In this document: positions 28,844-40,866 of the stretch, piece by piece | Position numbering within the stretch: position 1 is the first letter of the stretch | Layout: the number at the start of each line of letters is the position of its first letter | DNA from: Clostridia bacterium | GTDB lineage: Bacteria > Bacillota > Clostridia > Christensenellales > DTU072 | Assembly (NCBI GenBank): GCA_017403145.1 | Contig: JAFQOO010000005.1 | Span: forward strand, 174,008-238,007 | Length of the DNA: 64,000 nt | Direction of reading: 5' to 3' | Program-made: the position numbers and the translations under genes | Notes under the pieces: model-generated | Told to the model about the DNA's origin: nothing | The model's database searches: none | The model's input: the letters and a program-made list of their open reading frames with translations, nothing else

Positions 28844-28872
28844 GTCATATCTTTAAATATGTAACATAAATT
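28844..28872 (+). promoter_or_regulatory. SigE-type sporulation promoter
   Basis: GTCATAT-14-CATAAATT upstream of TIGR04086-type gene. Confidence 0.6.
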
Positions 28873-28887
28873 CTTAAAGGAGGCTAT

Positions 28888-29298
28888 ATGAAAATAGATA
28901 AAACAAAATTTAAAGGTATAAAGCTTGATAAAACAACGTTAACCGACACTCTAAAAACCACCTTATTTGCACTAATTTTTACGCTAATATGCGTACTAAT
29001 TCTTGGAATAATTATAAAATTTGTAAATATTCCAGCCAATATCCTGATGCCGATAAATCAAGTTATTAAAGTAATAGCATTGCTGATTGCAAGTATATTT
29101 GGAATAAAAAATAAGCACAATGGAGCTTTAAAAGGCGGTATTAGCGGTTTGGTTTACACTTTAATATCGGTATTCATTTTCTTAATATTAGGATATTCTT
29201 TAAAAGAGAGTTTTAGTTTTATAGACGTATTACTTGGTACAATAATCGGTGCTATATCGGGTATTATAGCAGTAAATACAGGTAAAAAAAGTTATTAA
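28888..29298 (+). CDS. TIGR04086/YrzE-family membrane protein
   Basis: 4 TM, GALKGGISG, GAISGIIAVN end; typical position between yajC and scfA. Confidence 0.8.
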   Translation: MKIDKTKFKGIKLDKTTLTDTLKTTLFALIFTLICVLILGIIIKFVNIPANILMPINQVIKVIALLIASIFGIKNKHNGALKGGISGLVYTLISVFIFLILGYSLKESFSFIDVLLGTIIGAISGIIAVNTGKKSY

Positions 29299-29326
29299 AA
29301 AAAGTTCACCATTTGGTGAACTTTTT
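29297..29326. terminator. Bidirectional terminator
   Basis: aaaaagttcacc-attt-ggtgaacttttt. Confidence 0.8.
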
Positions 29327-29351
29327 ACTTAATAAAACGAAATTTTATAGA

Positions 29352-29654
29352 TTATAGTTTGGAACGAACTGCGTTTTTAACGATTACAACGTTAACGGGA
29401 TTTTCTTCGGTACCAACGTTTACAGTATAGCGGTCGGTATCAGTATTTATTTCGGTAATAGTTCCAACAAAACCGCCGATGGTCATAATCTTATCGCCAA
29501 CGGTGATACTATTCATCATATCTTGCATTTTTTTCTTTTGCTTTCTTTGGGGGATTACGGTCATAACAATCATAATAACGAAGAAAACACCAAGAATAGC
29601 TATCATTACCCAACTATTACCACCATTACCTGCATCTGCTAATAAATTAAACAT
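29352..29654 (-). CDS. yajC: Preprotein translocase subunit YajC
   Basis: IPQRKQKKK...VGDKIMTIGG. Confidence 0.93.
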   Translation of the reverse strand: MFNLLADAGNGGNSWVMIAILGVFFVIMIVMTVIPQRKQKKKMQDMMNSITVGDKIMTIGGFVGTITEINTDTDRYTVNVGTEENPVNVVIVKNAVRSKL

Positions 29655-29756
29655 AATTACTCCTTGTTTTGCAATTTTCTTTGAGTATCATAACATACTA
29701 AAAGGTTTTTTGCAACATAATTTTTTTATAAATTTGTTAAATTAGTATTAAAGCCA

Positions 29757-31901
<2,145 letters not shown>

Positions 31902-31909
<8 letters not shown>

Positions 31910-33005
31910 TATTATCCCCACTATTATCGTTTTGCCAATTTAATAAAGTACGTTCCTCAACGTTTTTGTAAGGTATTTTTAGATGCTCGTAAGCACCTTT
32001 TAGACATATACGTCCTCTAGGAGTTCTAGCGATAAATCCTAACTGCATTAGGAAAGGTTCATAGACGTCTTCTATGGTCGTTGGTTCTTCGCCTGTCGCT
32101 GCACCAAGAGTGTCTAATCCCACGGGCCCTCCGTTGAATTTGTCAATCATAGTATGCAAAATCGTGCGGTCAACGTTATTAAGACCAAGTTTATCAACCT
32201 CTAATCTTATTAAAGCTCTATCCGCTATATCAACGGTAATCGTAGGACTTTTTTCGTATTGTGCAAAGTCCCTTACTCTCTTTAATAATCTGTTGGCAAT
32301 ACGAGGAGTTCCTCTAGAACGAGAAGCGATTTCAATGCAAGCATTGTCTTCTATGCTTACGTTTAGTATTTTAGCCGAACGTCTAACTATTAAAGCAAGT
32401 TGCTCGGGGGTATATAACTCTAACCTACATATTATGCCAAACCTATCGCGAAGCGGTGCGCTAATATTACCTGCTTTAGTCGTAGCACCTATCAAAGTAA
32501 AAGGTTCAATATTTAGTTTTATTGACCTAGCGGAAGGTCCTTGACCAAGTGTAAAATCTACGACAAAGTCCTCCATCGCGGGATAAAGTAGTTCTTCGGT
32601 GGTACGATTAAGGCGATGTATTTCATCGACGAAAAACACGGCGTTTCCGTGCAAATTGGTCAAATTAGCGACCAATTCCGCGTTCTTCTCAAAAGCTGGT
32701 CCAGAAGTTGCCTTTATTTCAACGCCCATTTCGTTAGCAATAATCTTAGAAAGGGTTGTTTTACCAAGTCCGGGAGGACCATATAAAAGAACGTGGTCGA
32801 GCGCCTCCCCTCTTTGCTTAGCACTTTCGATAAATACTTTTAGGTTTTCTTTTATCTTATCTTGACCAACGTACTCGTCTAATGTGGTTGGACGTAAAAT
32901 GTTTTCGTTAACGTCGCTAGGCAACTCGTCGGGGGTAGTTAAATGCTCGTTCACAGCATAAGATGAATAATCTTGTGGATTATATGTGCCAAAAGAATCT
33001 TCCAT
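31902..33005 (-). CDS. ruvB: Holliday junction helicase RuvB
   Basis: [25 protein letters not shown]. Confidence 0.98.
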
Positions 33006-33604
33006 TATTTATCCATCCTCCTCAATGCTTTTAAAATTAGTTCTTCTAACGTATCACATTCATTTCTAACAGCCGAAACCATAGAAACAGCTTCCGCTTG
33101 GGTGCAACCAAGGGATTTAAGCGCGGTAATCGCCTCTTGTGAAAGGTTATCCATTCCTGTAACGTTAACGGTAACCTCACCTGTAAAGTAATCGGTTTCT
33201 TGGGTTGCAAGTTTTTCGCGCAACTCAAGAACAACTCTTTCAGCGGTTTTTTTACCAACACCCTTGATTTTTGCAATGGTTTTTATATCACCTGTTACAA
33301 TAGCAACAGCAAGAGCTTCCGGTTTCATTCCGGAAAGAATACCTATAGCAGCTTTAGGTCCAATACCACTAATGGTTATAAGCTTTAGGAACATAGCCTT
33401 TTCTTCGCGAGTAGCAAAACCATAAAGGCTCATTTCATCTTCTCTAACGTACAAATAGGTAAAAAGTTTACAAGCCTTGCCTTGCGTGGGCAATTTTACT
33501 ATAGTGTTTGCCGAACAAGCTATTTCGTAGCCTATTCCACTAACGTCTATAGTTGCCAAATTGTTTTCTACGTTAACGATTTGTCCGGAAATATACGAAT
33601 ACAT
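33005..33604 (-). CDS. ruvA: Holliday junction DNA-binding RuvA
   Basis: VRED...[19 protein letters not shown]. Confidence 0.97.
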   Translation of the reverse strand: MYSYISGQIVNVENNLATIDVSGIGYEIACSANTIVKLPTQGKACKLFTYLYVREDEMSLYGFATREEKAMFLKLITISGIGPKAAIGILSGMKPEALAVAIVTGDIKTIAKIKGVGKKTAERVVLELREKLATQETDYFTGEVTVNVTGMDNLSQEAITALKSLGCTQAEAVSMVSAVRNECDTLEELILKALRRMDK

Positions 33605-34098
33605 TATTTTACTCCAAAGTTTCCAAGTTTAGGATTAGTTTGTGCGTGGGTTATTGCAACAGCAAGAGCGTCGGCGGCATCGTCTGGCTTGGGGATTTTT
33701 GTTAAACCTAAAAGCATTTTTACCATTTCTTGAATTTGATGTTTTTCCGCCCTACCATAACCGGTTGTAGCTTGCTTTATTTGCATAGGCGTATACTCGA
33801 ATAAAGGTACAGCTTTACTTTCTGCAACGTATAACACCACCCCACGTGCTTCTGCAACCATAATAGCAGTTTTAGCATTGTTTTGGAAAAACAATTCTTC
33901 AACAGCCACAGCATCGGGTTTATAGTGGGTAATAAGTCCGTCGATTTGGTCGCCGATATACTTTAAGCGCATAGGAAAACGAGAAAGCTTAGGTGTCTCT
34001 ATTGCACCGTAAGCAATAGCTTTATGATGAATACCATCCGTTTCTATAACACCAAAACCTAATATCCCATACCCGGGGTCAATGCCTAATATAACCAT
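33604..34098 (-). CDS. ruvC: Crossover junction endodeoxyribonuclease
   Basis: ILGIDPG, VEELFF, PDDAADALA. Confidence 0.98.
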   Translation of the reverse strand: MVILGIDPGYGILGFGVIETDGIHHKAIAYGAIETPKLSRFPMRLKYIGDQIDGLITHYKPDAVAVEELFFQNNAKTAIMVAEARGVVLYVAESKAVPLFEYTPMQIKQATTGYGRAEKHQIQEMVKMLLGLTKIPKPDDAADALAVAITHAQTNPKLGNFGVK

Positions 34099-34106
34099 AT
34101 GTAATA

Positions 34107-34135
34107 ATTTTACTTTATAAAGTAATTTAAGTCAA
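34107..34135 (-). promoter_or_regulatory. SigA promoter 8 nt before ruvC ATG
   Basis: TTGACT-17-TAAAAT; no SD. Confidence 0.6.
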
Positions 34136-34166
34136 TAAAAAAAGCCGACTACCGGCTTATTTCATT

Positions 34167-34865
34167 TTAAGATTGTAAAATTTTAAGCAGTCTGTCGGCA
34201 AGCGACGATATTTCCTTACTAGAAAGAGCCCTTTCGTCTTGCGAAATATCTATTACCTCGTCAAAAGTGATATCGACGGGCCTATTATCAAAAACAATTA
34301 TTCTATCTGCAAGTAGTAGAGCTTCGTTTAGGTCGTGCGTTATAAGAATTACGGTTTTATTATCTTTAGATAATAGTTTTAGAAAATATCTTTCTAGTTT
34401 TGACTTTAACGCAGTATCAAGCCCCCTAAACGGTTCGTCCATAATTAGAAGTTTGGATGGATATAAAAAGCCTCTAGCAAGAGCAACGCGTTGCGCCATA
34501 CCTGTAGACAGGTTCTGCGGGTAGGAATTTATTTCACCTTTTAGCTCTACCTGTTCAAGTATATCGATAATAGCCTTTTCTCTTTCAACTTTATCTTTTA
34601 TTACGTGCGAAACTGCATACGACAAGTTTTGTTTAACAGTCAATGATGGAATAAGCGATGCTTCACCAAACACGTAGGATATATTGCCATCGCACTCGAT
34701 TTTTCCATCATAATCAATCAAGCCCGCAATAATTTTAAGCAAAGTCGTTTTACCAATACCCGACCTTCCCATTATAGCGGTAATCTTACCTTTTTCGCAT
34801 TCAAGGTTAAAATTTTCGAAAATATTCTTATCGCCGTAGCTTTTATTCAAATTTATAATTCTCAT
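34167..34865 (-). CDS. ABC transporter ATPase (NitT/TauT/SsuB type)
   Basis: GRSGIGKTT, LSTGM, MDEPF, ITHD. Confidence 0.92.
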   Translation of the reverse strand: MRIINLNKSYGDKNIFENFNLECEKGKITAIMGRSGIGKTTLLKIIAGLIDYDGKIECDGNISYVFGEASLIPSLTVKQNLSYAVSHVIKDKVEREKAIIDILEQVELKGEINSYPQNLSTGMAQRVALARGFLYPSKLLIMDEPFRGLDTALKSKLERYFLKLLSKDNKTVILITHDLNEALLLADRIIVFDNRPVDITFDEVIDISQDERALSSKEISSLADRLLKILQS

Positions 34866-35638
34866 TTTTTAACCCTCACAGCAAAAAGTTTTATTAAAGA
34901 AAACACTCCTTCTAAAGCATAACTTAGTGTTATTGCCATTATCGTCCAACCAAGCAATTCGGCTGTATCAAAATACATTTTGCTAATTTGCATATTAACA
35001 CCCATTGATGAGAAGGTTTGAGCAAGCACTTCACCTGCAATAGTTACTTTAACACCAAGTGATACGTTTGCTTTCATTGCATCCAAAGAAGTTGGCAAAA
35101 TTTCCGGAACGTAAAGCCCTACTATGCGCTTCCATACAGGCACCTTATAAGCTTTACTCATATCAATTAACTCAAGACTTATACCGTTTAGAGAACTCAA
35201 AAATGATGCATAGAGTTGTGGGAATAATATCAAGAATGCAATTAATATAGGTGCAGAATTAGAATCTAGCCAAATTAGAGCTAGCAATATAATGGACATT
35301 GTAGGAACGGAACGCAATATAACGATTATTGGGCTTATTACTTTTGCAAATTGTGGAATAACGTAACCTATTATAGCAAAAACTATTGCACATAAAACTG
35401 CTATAGCAAATGCGTATAACGACCTTCCTAAAGTGCTACCAACCGCTAGCCAAAAATCTTCCTTTCCCAATAAAACAAACAATCTTTTTAACGATTGAAT
35501 GGGCGTAGGTAATATCATTTCTACGTCAACTACTTTTGAAGCAATAAACCATATAAGCAAGAAGAGCCCTACCCCTAAAATGGGGTAGAGCAAATTTGTT
35601 AAATTTAGTGATTTAAGTTTCAAAAGTAATTTTTTCAT
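34862..35638 (-). CDS. ABC transporter permease (NitT/TauT type)
   Basis: ILPTP, LRSVP, IAGEVL; EAA-like loop. Confidence 0.9.
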   Translation of the reverse strand: MKKLLLKLKSLNLTNLLYPILGVGLFLLIWFIASKVVDVEMILPTPIQSLKRLFVLLGKEDFWLAVGSTLGRSLYAFAIAVLCAIVFAIIGYVIPQFAKVISPIIVILRSVPTMSIILLALIWLDSNSAPILIAFLILFPQLYASFLSSLNGISLELIDMSKAYKVPVWKRIVGLYVPEILPTSLDAMKANVSLGVKVTIAGEVLAQTFSSMGVNMQISKMYFDTAELLGWTIMAITLSYALEGVFSLIKLFAVRVKK

Positions 35639-35641
35639 AAG

Positions 35642-36676
35642 TTATACTACATAATAGAATGCGTCGTTTGGTACACTACCACCAACAGTTTGGGGATTAA
35701 AACCGTGCAATGCGCTTAAATAGGTATTAACGTTAGCTTTAGCATTATTAGCTCTTACAATATTAATATTGCACTTTTGAACGATTGCGTTTGATAAACC
35801 TTGAAGAGCAGTTGACCCGGCTTCTTGTAAAGCGCTACCTGCCTCGGTTGCATTGCTGTTTACCCACGTAGCATTTTCTTCCATTTTATCAAGGAACCAA
35901 TCGATAAATTCATTGTGATTTCCATCAAGAATACTACTATTTACAAATACGCTTGCTTGAGGGAAGCCACCACTTGTAGCGGTTGCACCATTCCATAAAT
36001 CTTGAATAGAGAATAACGTAGTTGTTCCAGCATTAGCATTTGCTTTAGTTACAGCGGGCTCGCCCATTATACCGAACTTAGCTTTATTTTGTTTCAATAA
36101 AGGAATAAGTTCGCTACCAGCGCTAACGTATTTTAGAGCAACGTATTCACTACTTTCAACGTCGGTTGCTTGGTAAGGAATATCATAATAGTCAAGTATA
36201 TATTTGAAGGTTAAATCGGGAGTTGCACCTTGACCGATATTATAAACGGTTTGACCTTTTAATGAAGAAAGTTGTTCTTGGATGGTGTTACCAACAACTT
36301 CACCCTTTCCAACCATATAAAGAGCACCTTGAACAGCAGTTGCGACAAGCTTATATTTACCATTGTTTTTATTATATTGAGTTGCGCCGGCATTAGTAGG
36401 AGCAATCGCAATGGTTGCTTGACCGCTAGCAAGTCTAGCACCTATTCCTTCGGACCCGGTTACAACCTCATAGTTTATTTGATAACCATCGAAGGTAGGC
36501 TTATCCTTTAAAAGTTTAGCAATAGCAATTGCAGGACTACCATCGGGAACGCAAACGTTGATAACGATGGGGTCGCTTTCATCATTATCCCTATTATCAC
36601 AGCCTATTAACGTAAACAAAGCAAGTGTGCTTATTAGTAATAGTGTTACAACGGTTAGCAAAAATCTTCTTTTCAT
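35642..36676 (-). CDS. ABC substrate-binding lipoprotein (NitT/TauT/NMT1-like)
   Basis: Lipobox LIGC; PDGSP, GATPD, GEP motifs; ends PNDAFYY. Confidence 0.85.
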   Translation of the reverse strand: MKRRFLLTVVTLLLISTLALFTLIGCDNRDNDESDPIVINVCVPDGSPAIAIAKLLKDKPTFDGYQINYEVVTGSEGIGARLASGQATIAIAPTNAGATQYNKNNGKYKLVATAVQGALYMVGKGEVVGNTIQEQLSSLKGQTVYNIGQGATPDLTFKYILDYYDIPYQATDVESSEYVALKYVSAGSELIPLLKQNKAKFGIMGEPAVTKANANAGTTTLFSIQDLWNGATATSGGFPQASVFVNSSILDGNHNEFIDWFLDKMEENATWVNSNATEAGSALQEAGSTALQGLSNAIVQKCNINIVRANNAKANVNTYLSALHGFNPQTVGGSVPNDAFYYVV

Positions 36677-36691
36677 AATTTACACTTCCTT

Positions 36692-36943
36692 TTATTTTAT
36701 TTCTATATTTGTTACCGCACTCTTAACAACAACGTTATTTAGTCTACCAAGTTTGCCACTTAGTGCGGATATTTTCTCATTTGGACCTTCTACAACGATA
36801 CTAATAGCTTGAATACCGTGGTCTCTATCCGGAATTCCCATTCTACCAAGTATTATCTCACTAAAATCAGAAAGTAATGCTTGGACTTCCGGAACAACTT
36901 GTCTATCGGTAATAATAATGCCAATTACTCCTATTTTATCCAT
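36692..36943 (-). CDS. TM1266-family putative iron-only hydrogenase system regulator (ACT/NikR-C-like fold)
   Basis: IGVIGIII, IILGRMGIP, ISALSGKLGRL. Confidence 0.88.
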   Translation of the reverse strand: MDKIGVIGIIITDRQVVPEVQALLSDFSEIILGRMGIPDRDHGIQAISIVVEGPNEKISALSGKLGRLNNVVVKSAVTNIEIK

Positions 36944-37050
36944 AAAAAAATCTCCTTCGCGACGGAAAGAGACTATAATAGCATAGTGAATAAAACTATA
37001 TTATTACAAACTTACTCTCCGAACGCATCATCGATACAGGTTGTTTCTTT
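36944..37050 (-). promoter_or_regulatory. Structured 5' leader: candidate attenuator/riboswitch
   Basis: Terminator tctctttc-cgtcgc-gaaggaga-T7 sequesters SD; competing cggagag/ctttccg helix; upstream gtatc-gat-gatgc hairpin. Confidence 0.65.
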
Positions 37051-37056
37051 AATATA

Positions 37057-37086
37057 ATTATAACTTTATAGTAATTCGTATGTCAA
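37057..37086 (-). promoter_or_regulatory. SigA promoter for TM1266-ABC operon
   Basis: TTGACA-18-TATAAT overlapping end of upstream gene. Confidence 0.7.
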
Positions 37087-38085
37087 TAACTTTTCGTTTA
37101 TTCTATCAAAAAGTTTTAGGGAGCTTACGTCGATACTAACTTTTGTATCGTTAGAACAACATTCACCAACAAATTTTTCACCGGCAATATTTACGAAAAC
37201 GTATTTATTTTCGGCAATATATTTTTTATAACTACAATCAAATTGATAACCGCTGATATTCTCGGTTAGCTCGTAGCTAACAAAAACTTCGTTTGACTGA
37301 TAATCAGAAGCAATCTTTAATTTCAATCCGTCGATTTCGACGACGTTATCTACAACGCCACAGAGTATACGATTTTTATTGGGATTTACAAATTCATCAA
37401 CAAGTAAAGTTTGCGGATTGGACTTCAGTTCCTCTAAAGTGCCAATTTGGTCTTGATATCCGTTATTTAAAACCAAGACTTTATCACTAAAAGAAAAAGC
37501 TTCTTCCACACTATCGGTAGCAAAAATCACGTTACCTTTTAGTTTTGAAATTTTAGGTAAAAATTTGTCAAACAAATCCTTCCTTTCTTTACCGTTTGCA
37601 ATAGAGAAAACGTCGTCAATCAAAGTTAAGGAACTATCCCTCAATTCTAGTCTAGCTAATGCCAGAGCTATTATTTCGGGCGTGAATAGCCTAAATGCTT
37701 GTTCTTTAAAAAAGGCTTCAAGACCATAATCTTTAGCGGTTTGATAGGCAATTCCAAGCCTCTCGCTCTTGGGAATCTTGCGTAATTTTAAAGGATAGGT
37801 CAAGTTAAAAGAGACGGAACGATTTCTTATAAGACCTCCGTCATCGTATACCATTCTTAGTCCCCTATCTTTGACTTTTAGATTAGTAATATCCTTTCCA
37901 TCGAGAATGATACTACCGCTAGATGAAGGAAAAAGTCCAGCTATACATTTTAGAAGAGATGTTTTGCCCCCACCATTTTTAGACAAAACCGCCAATTTTT
38001 CTCCGTCATTAAGCACGAAACTAATGCCATTCAAGGCATTAGTTCCGTAAAAATAACTTTGATGTAAATCTTTAATTTCTAACAT
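37066..38085 (-). CDS. MalK/PotA-like ABC ATPase homologue with degenerate motifs
   Basis: ABC-ATPase layout, but Walker A SKNGGGKT, signature LFTPE, Walker B LIDD, H-loop ATDS. Confidence 0.75.
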   Translation of the reverse strand: MLEIKDLHQSYFYGTNALNGISFVLNDGEKLAVLSKNGGGKTSLLKCIAGLFPSSSGSIILDGKDITNLKVKDRGLRMVYDDGGLIRNRSVSFNLTYPLKLRKIPKSERLGIAYQTAKDYGLEAFFKEQAFRLFTPEIIALALARLELRDSSLTLIDDVFSIANGKERKDLFDKFLPKISKLKGNVIFATDSVEEAFSFSDKVLVLNNGYQDQIGTLEELKSNPQTLLVDEFVNPNKNRILCGVVDNVVEIDGLKLKIASDYQSNEVFVSYELTENISGYQFDCSYKKYIAENKYVFVNIAGEKFVGECCSNDTKVSIDVSSLKLFDRINEKLLTYELL

Positions 38086-39497
38086 TAGATAATGTAATTT
38101 TCGCTCTTTTGGGGACGTGCTTTTAATTCAGCAGCCTTTTCTTCATAACCTGCTCTGCCGAGAAGTGCATAGGTTGCATTCTTACCCTCTTCAACGCCGG
38201 GTTGGTTAAAGGTATTGATATCGAACATAGCACCGATATAAGCAGTTTCAAGCATAAAGAAGAACATAAGTTGTCCAATAGTATGCGCATTTACTTCGGG
38301 AAGAGTAATCATATTGTTTAGACGATTATTCTTTGTTAAAGCATATTCAGTAGCATACATTTCGGAGGTAATAAGCTCGTTTAGAGTATGTCCACTCAAG
38401 AATGAAACGCTGGGGAAATCTTCGCAACCGCCTGCAATAACTACTTCTTTGCGATAGTTTTCTACGCCGATAATAGTAACAACCTTATCAAAAGGTCCTT
38501 CGGTATAAAGTTGAACTTGGCTATGTTGGTCGGTAACGCCAAGAGCCTTTACGGGAGTTTGACCAACGTAAACCTTTTCACCTTTATTGTTTACAGCTTT
38601 ACCAAGAGATTCGCCCCATAGTTGGCAATACCAGTCTGCCATAAGTTTTAAGGAATCTGCATAAGGCATCATAACGCTAATATTTTTGCCCTTTTGAATT
38701 GCTAGATATTGTAATGCTGCTGCGGCAAGTGCAGGATTTGATTTGATGTCGGATTTGCGACAAAGCTTATCCATATGAGCACAGCCTTTGAGCATTTCTT
38801 TGATATCGATACCAAGAACAGCTGCAGGGAAAAGACCTACGGGACAGATTTCACTAAATCTACCACCAACTCCATCGGGAATAATAAAGGTCTTAAGATT
38901 TTCTTTCTTAGCGATTTTAATAAGGTTACCATTTTTAGCATCGGTAGTAGCAATAATGTGTTCGTTAGCCTTATCACCATATTTTTCCTTAAGGATATTC
39001 ATTATAATAAGATATTGGCTCATTGTTTCGGAAGTAGAACCACTCTTAGTAATAACGTTGAATACGGTTTTGTCAAGGTCAAGAATATCGAGAAGAGAAG
39101 CCATTCTTTCGGGGTCAACGTTGTCTTCAACGTAGAATTTGGGAGCTTTTCTTTGATTACGCTTCAATTCGTTATGGCGCAAATGGCAAAGAGCTTGGAA
39201 AACAGCCATAGGACCAAGAGCAGAGCCACCAATACCTAAAACGACGAACGCATCGCAATTGCGTCTTACTATTTTAGCGGTATTCATAATATCTTTTACA
39301 ACTTCTGCTTGATTATAAGGAAGTTCGCTCCAGCCCATCATACCGGTACCACGGTTCAATTTAAAATAGGTATGAGCTTGAACAGCTAGATTTTTGGTTC
39401 CTGCAAGTTCTTTATCGGTAATACCTTGCTCAGCACCAACGTAGGTAGACATCATGTTATTGTAGTCAAACTTAATAGATGTGTATTCTTTTTTCAT
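38085..39497 (-). CDS. pgi: Glucose-6-phosphate isomerase
   Basis: GIGGSALG, TKSGSTSET, VGGRFS, QLWGESLGK, TDQHS, QPGVEEGK. Confidence 0.97.
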   Translation of the reverse strand: MKKEYTSIKFDYNNMMSTYVGAEQGITDKELAGTKNLAVQAHTYFKLNRGTGMMGWSELPYNQAEVVKDIMNTAKIVRRNCDAFVVLGIGGSALGPMAVFQALCHLRHNELKRNQRKAPKFYVEDNVDPERMASLLDILDLDKTVFNVITKSGSTSETMSQYLIIMNILKEKYGDKANEHIIATTDAKNGNLIKIAKKENLKTFIIPDGVGGRFSEICPVGLFPAAVLGIDIKEMLKGCAHMDKLCRKSDIKSNPALAAAALQYLAIQKGKNISVMMPYADSLKLMADWYCQLWGESLGKAVNNKGEKVYVGQTPVKALGVTDQHSQVQLYTEGPFDKVVTIIGVENYRKEVVIAGGCEDFPSVSFLSGHTLNELITSEMYATEYALTKNNRLNNMITLPEVNAHTIGQLMFFFMLETAYIGAMFDINTFNQPGVEEGKNATYALLGRAGYEEKAAELKARPQKSENYII

Positions 39498-39509
39498 TTG
39501 GTCTCCTTT

Positions 39510-40310
39510 TTAGCCTTTTTGGGCTTCTATAACACATTTTTGTAAATATTCGTAGCTTCTATATACTTCGTCGAAGCTATCGTAATTTCTTGCATAAAGT
39601 TCCATAAGTAGCGGTCCATCATAATCAATTGATATCAACTTACGGAACAAATCAGTAAAGTCTACAATCCCTTTTCCCGGTAGAGCTAAACTTCCATCAT
39701 TATGGTAATCGCAAAGATGAACGTTAACTAAATCTTTTCCCATAACTTTAATATACTCGTCAACCGATATTTTCGATTGCATAGCTTGTTTTATATCAAG
39801 AGTTGCCTTTATGTCAACCTTTTCTTTCAACTTTTCAAAAAATTCGGGATTACTAAAGAAAGTCCAATGAACGTTCTCGTATGCTATTTGGCAACGTCCG
39901 CCATATTCTAGCATAATGGAATTTAATTCCTTTAGTCGTTTTCCCATCCAATCATAATTTATGTTGTAAGGTGTTCTTTTTAATCTAGGTGGACCGTGAA
40001 AGGTATAATAATTGGCGTTTAACCTAGCCCCAGCTTCTGCCGCTTGACGAAAAAAGAACTCACAATCTTCCCTTGTACGGGGGGAAGCATTGAAAAGCTC
40101 CCCCTCGTATTGTAAGTTTAATGTATGTATGCTATGTATGTCAAGTTTTCCTTTGCGCTCAAGTAGCATATCAACAAACTCCTTCCGGTATTCCCGGAAG
40201 GTAGTTAGAAAAATTTCACATACTTCAACGCCCATAGCGTTTAGTATATTTAACGTATCCTCTGTTTCAGATTTAAGAAAAAAGGATGCTGTAGATATAC
40301 CTACTTTCAT
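39510..40310 (-). CDS. Sugar phosphate isomerase/epimerase (AP endonuclease-2 TIM barrel)
   Basis: YENVHW, LDIKQA, VHLCD, PGKG, LMELY. Confidence 0.85.
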   Translation of the reverse strand: MKVGISTASFFLKSETEDTLNILNAMGVEVCEIFLTTFREYRKEFVDMLLERKGKLDIHSIHTLNLQYEGELFNASPRTREDCEFFFRQAAEAGARLNANYYTFHGPPRLKRTPYNINYDWMGKRLKELNSIMLEYGGRCQIAYENVHWTFFSNPEFFEKLKEKVDIKATLDIKQAMQSKISVDEYIKVMGKDLVNVHLCDYHNDGSLALPGKGIVDFTDLFRKLISIDYDGPLLMELYARNYDSFDEVYRSYEYLQKCVIEAQKG

Positions 40311-40318
40311 ATTGAATT

Positions 40319-40849
40319 TTAATATTCAGGAGTCAATAGACCATAATCACCATCGTGGCGCTTGTAAACAACGGATACTTTGTTATTTTCTGCATTAACG
40401 AATACGTAGAAGTCGTGGTCTAGTAATTCTAGTTCAGCAACAGCTTCGTCAACGGTAATTATAGAAATATCAAAGTTTTTGACTTTAACAACCTTACCGG
40501 GCTTTTCTTTTGCGGGAGCAATTTCCTCGTCAAGTTTAAGAGGAAGAGCCTTCTTGGGTTGCTTAGAAAGCATTCTATCACGATATTTCGAAAGTTGTCT
40601 TTCTAGTTTGGGGATAATTAGGTCGATGTTGTCGTACATATTGTCGCTTGTTACTTCTGACCTAACAAGTGCGCCACCAACACTGATGGTTATTTCCATA
40701 GTGAACTTATCTTTACCAACGGTGGAGAGTTTGATTTTTGCTGCTCCCTCTTTTGAAAAATACTTATCAAATCTAGAAAGTTTTTTCTCGATAACGGAAA
40801 CAAGACGATTGCCTTCATTGTAGCCTTTTGAAATTAGTTCGATACGCAT
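40319..40849 (-). CDS. hpf: Ribosome hibernation promoting factor (long HPF)
   Basis: KLSRFDKYF, KLERQL, LLDHDFYVF, VVYKRHDGDYGL. Confidence 0.95.
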   Translation of the reverse strand: MRIELISKGYNEGNRLVSVIEKKLSRFDKYFSKEGAAKIKLSTVGKDKFTMEITISVGGALVRSEVTSDNMYDNIDLIIPKLERQLSKYRDRMLSKQPKKALPLKLDEEIAPAKEKPGKVVKVKNFDISIITVDEAVAELELLDHDFYVFVNAENNKVSVVYKRHDGDYGLLTPEY

Positions 40850-40866
40850 AGAAGTACCTCCTTTGG

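Noticed and set aside
37015-37045. TPP riboswitch (AACCTG...GCG resemblance)
   Set aside because: No CTGAGA/P2-P3 pyrimidine-sensing half between the promoter and this element; also no T-box motif
40850-40866. raiA-motif ncRNA upstream of hpf
   Set aside because: Only 17 nt between clpC and hpf
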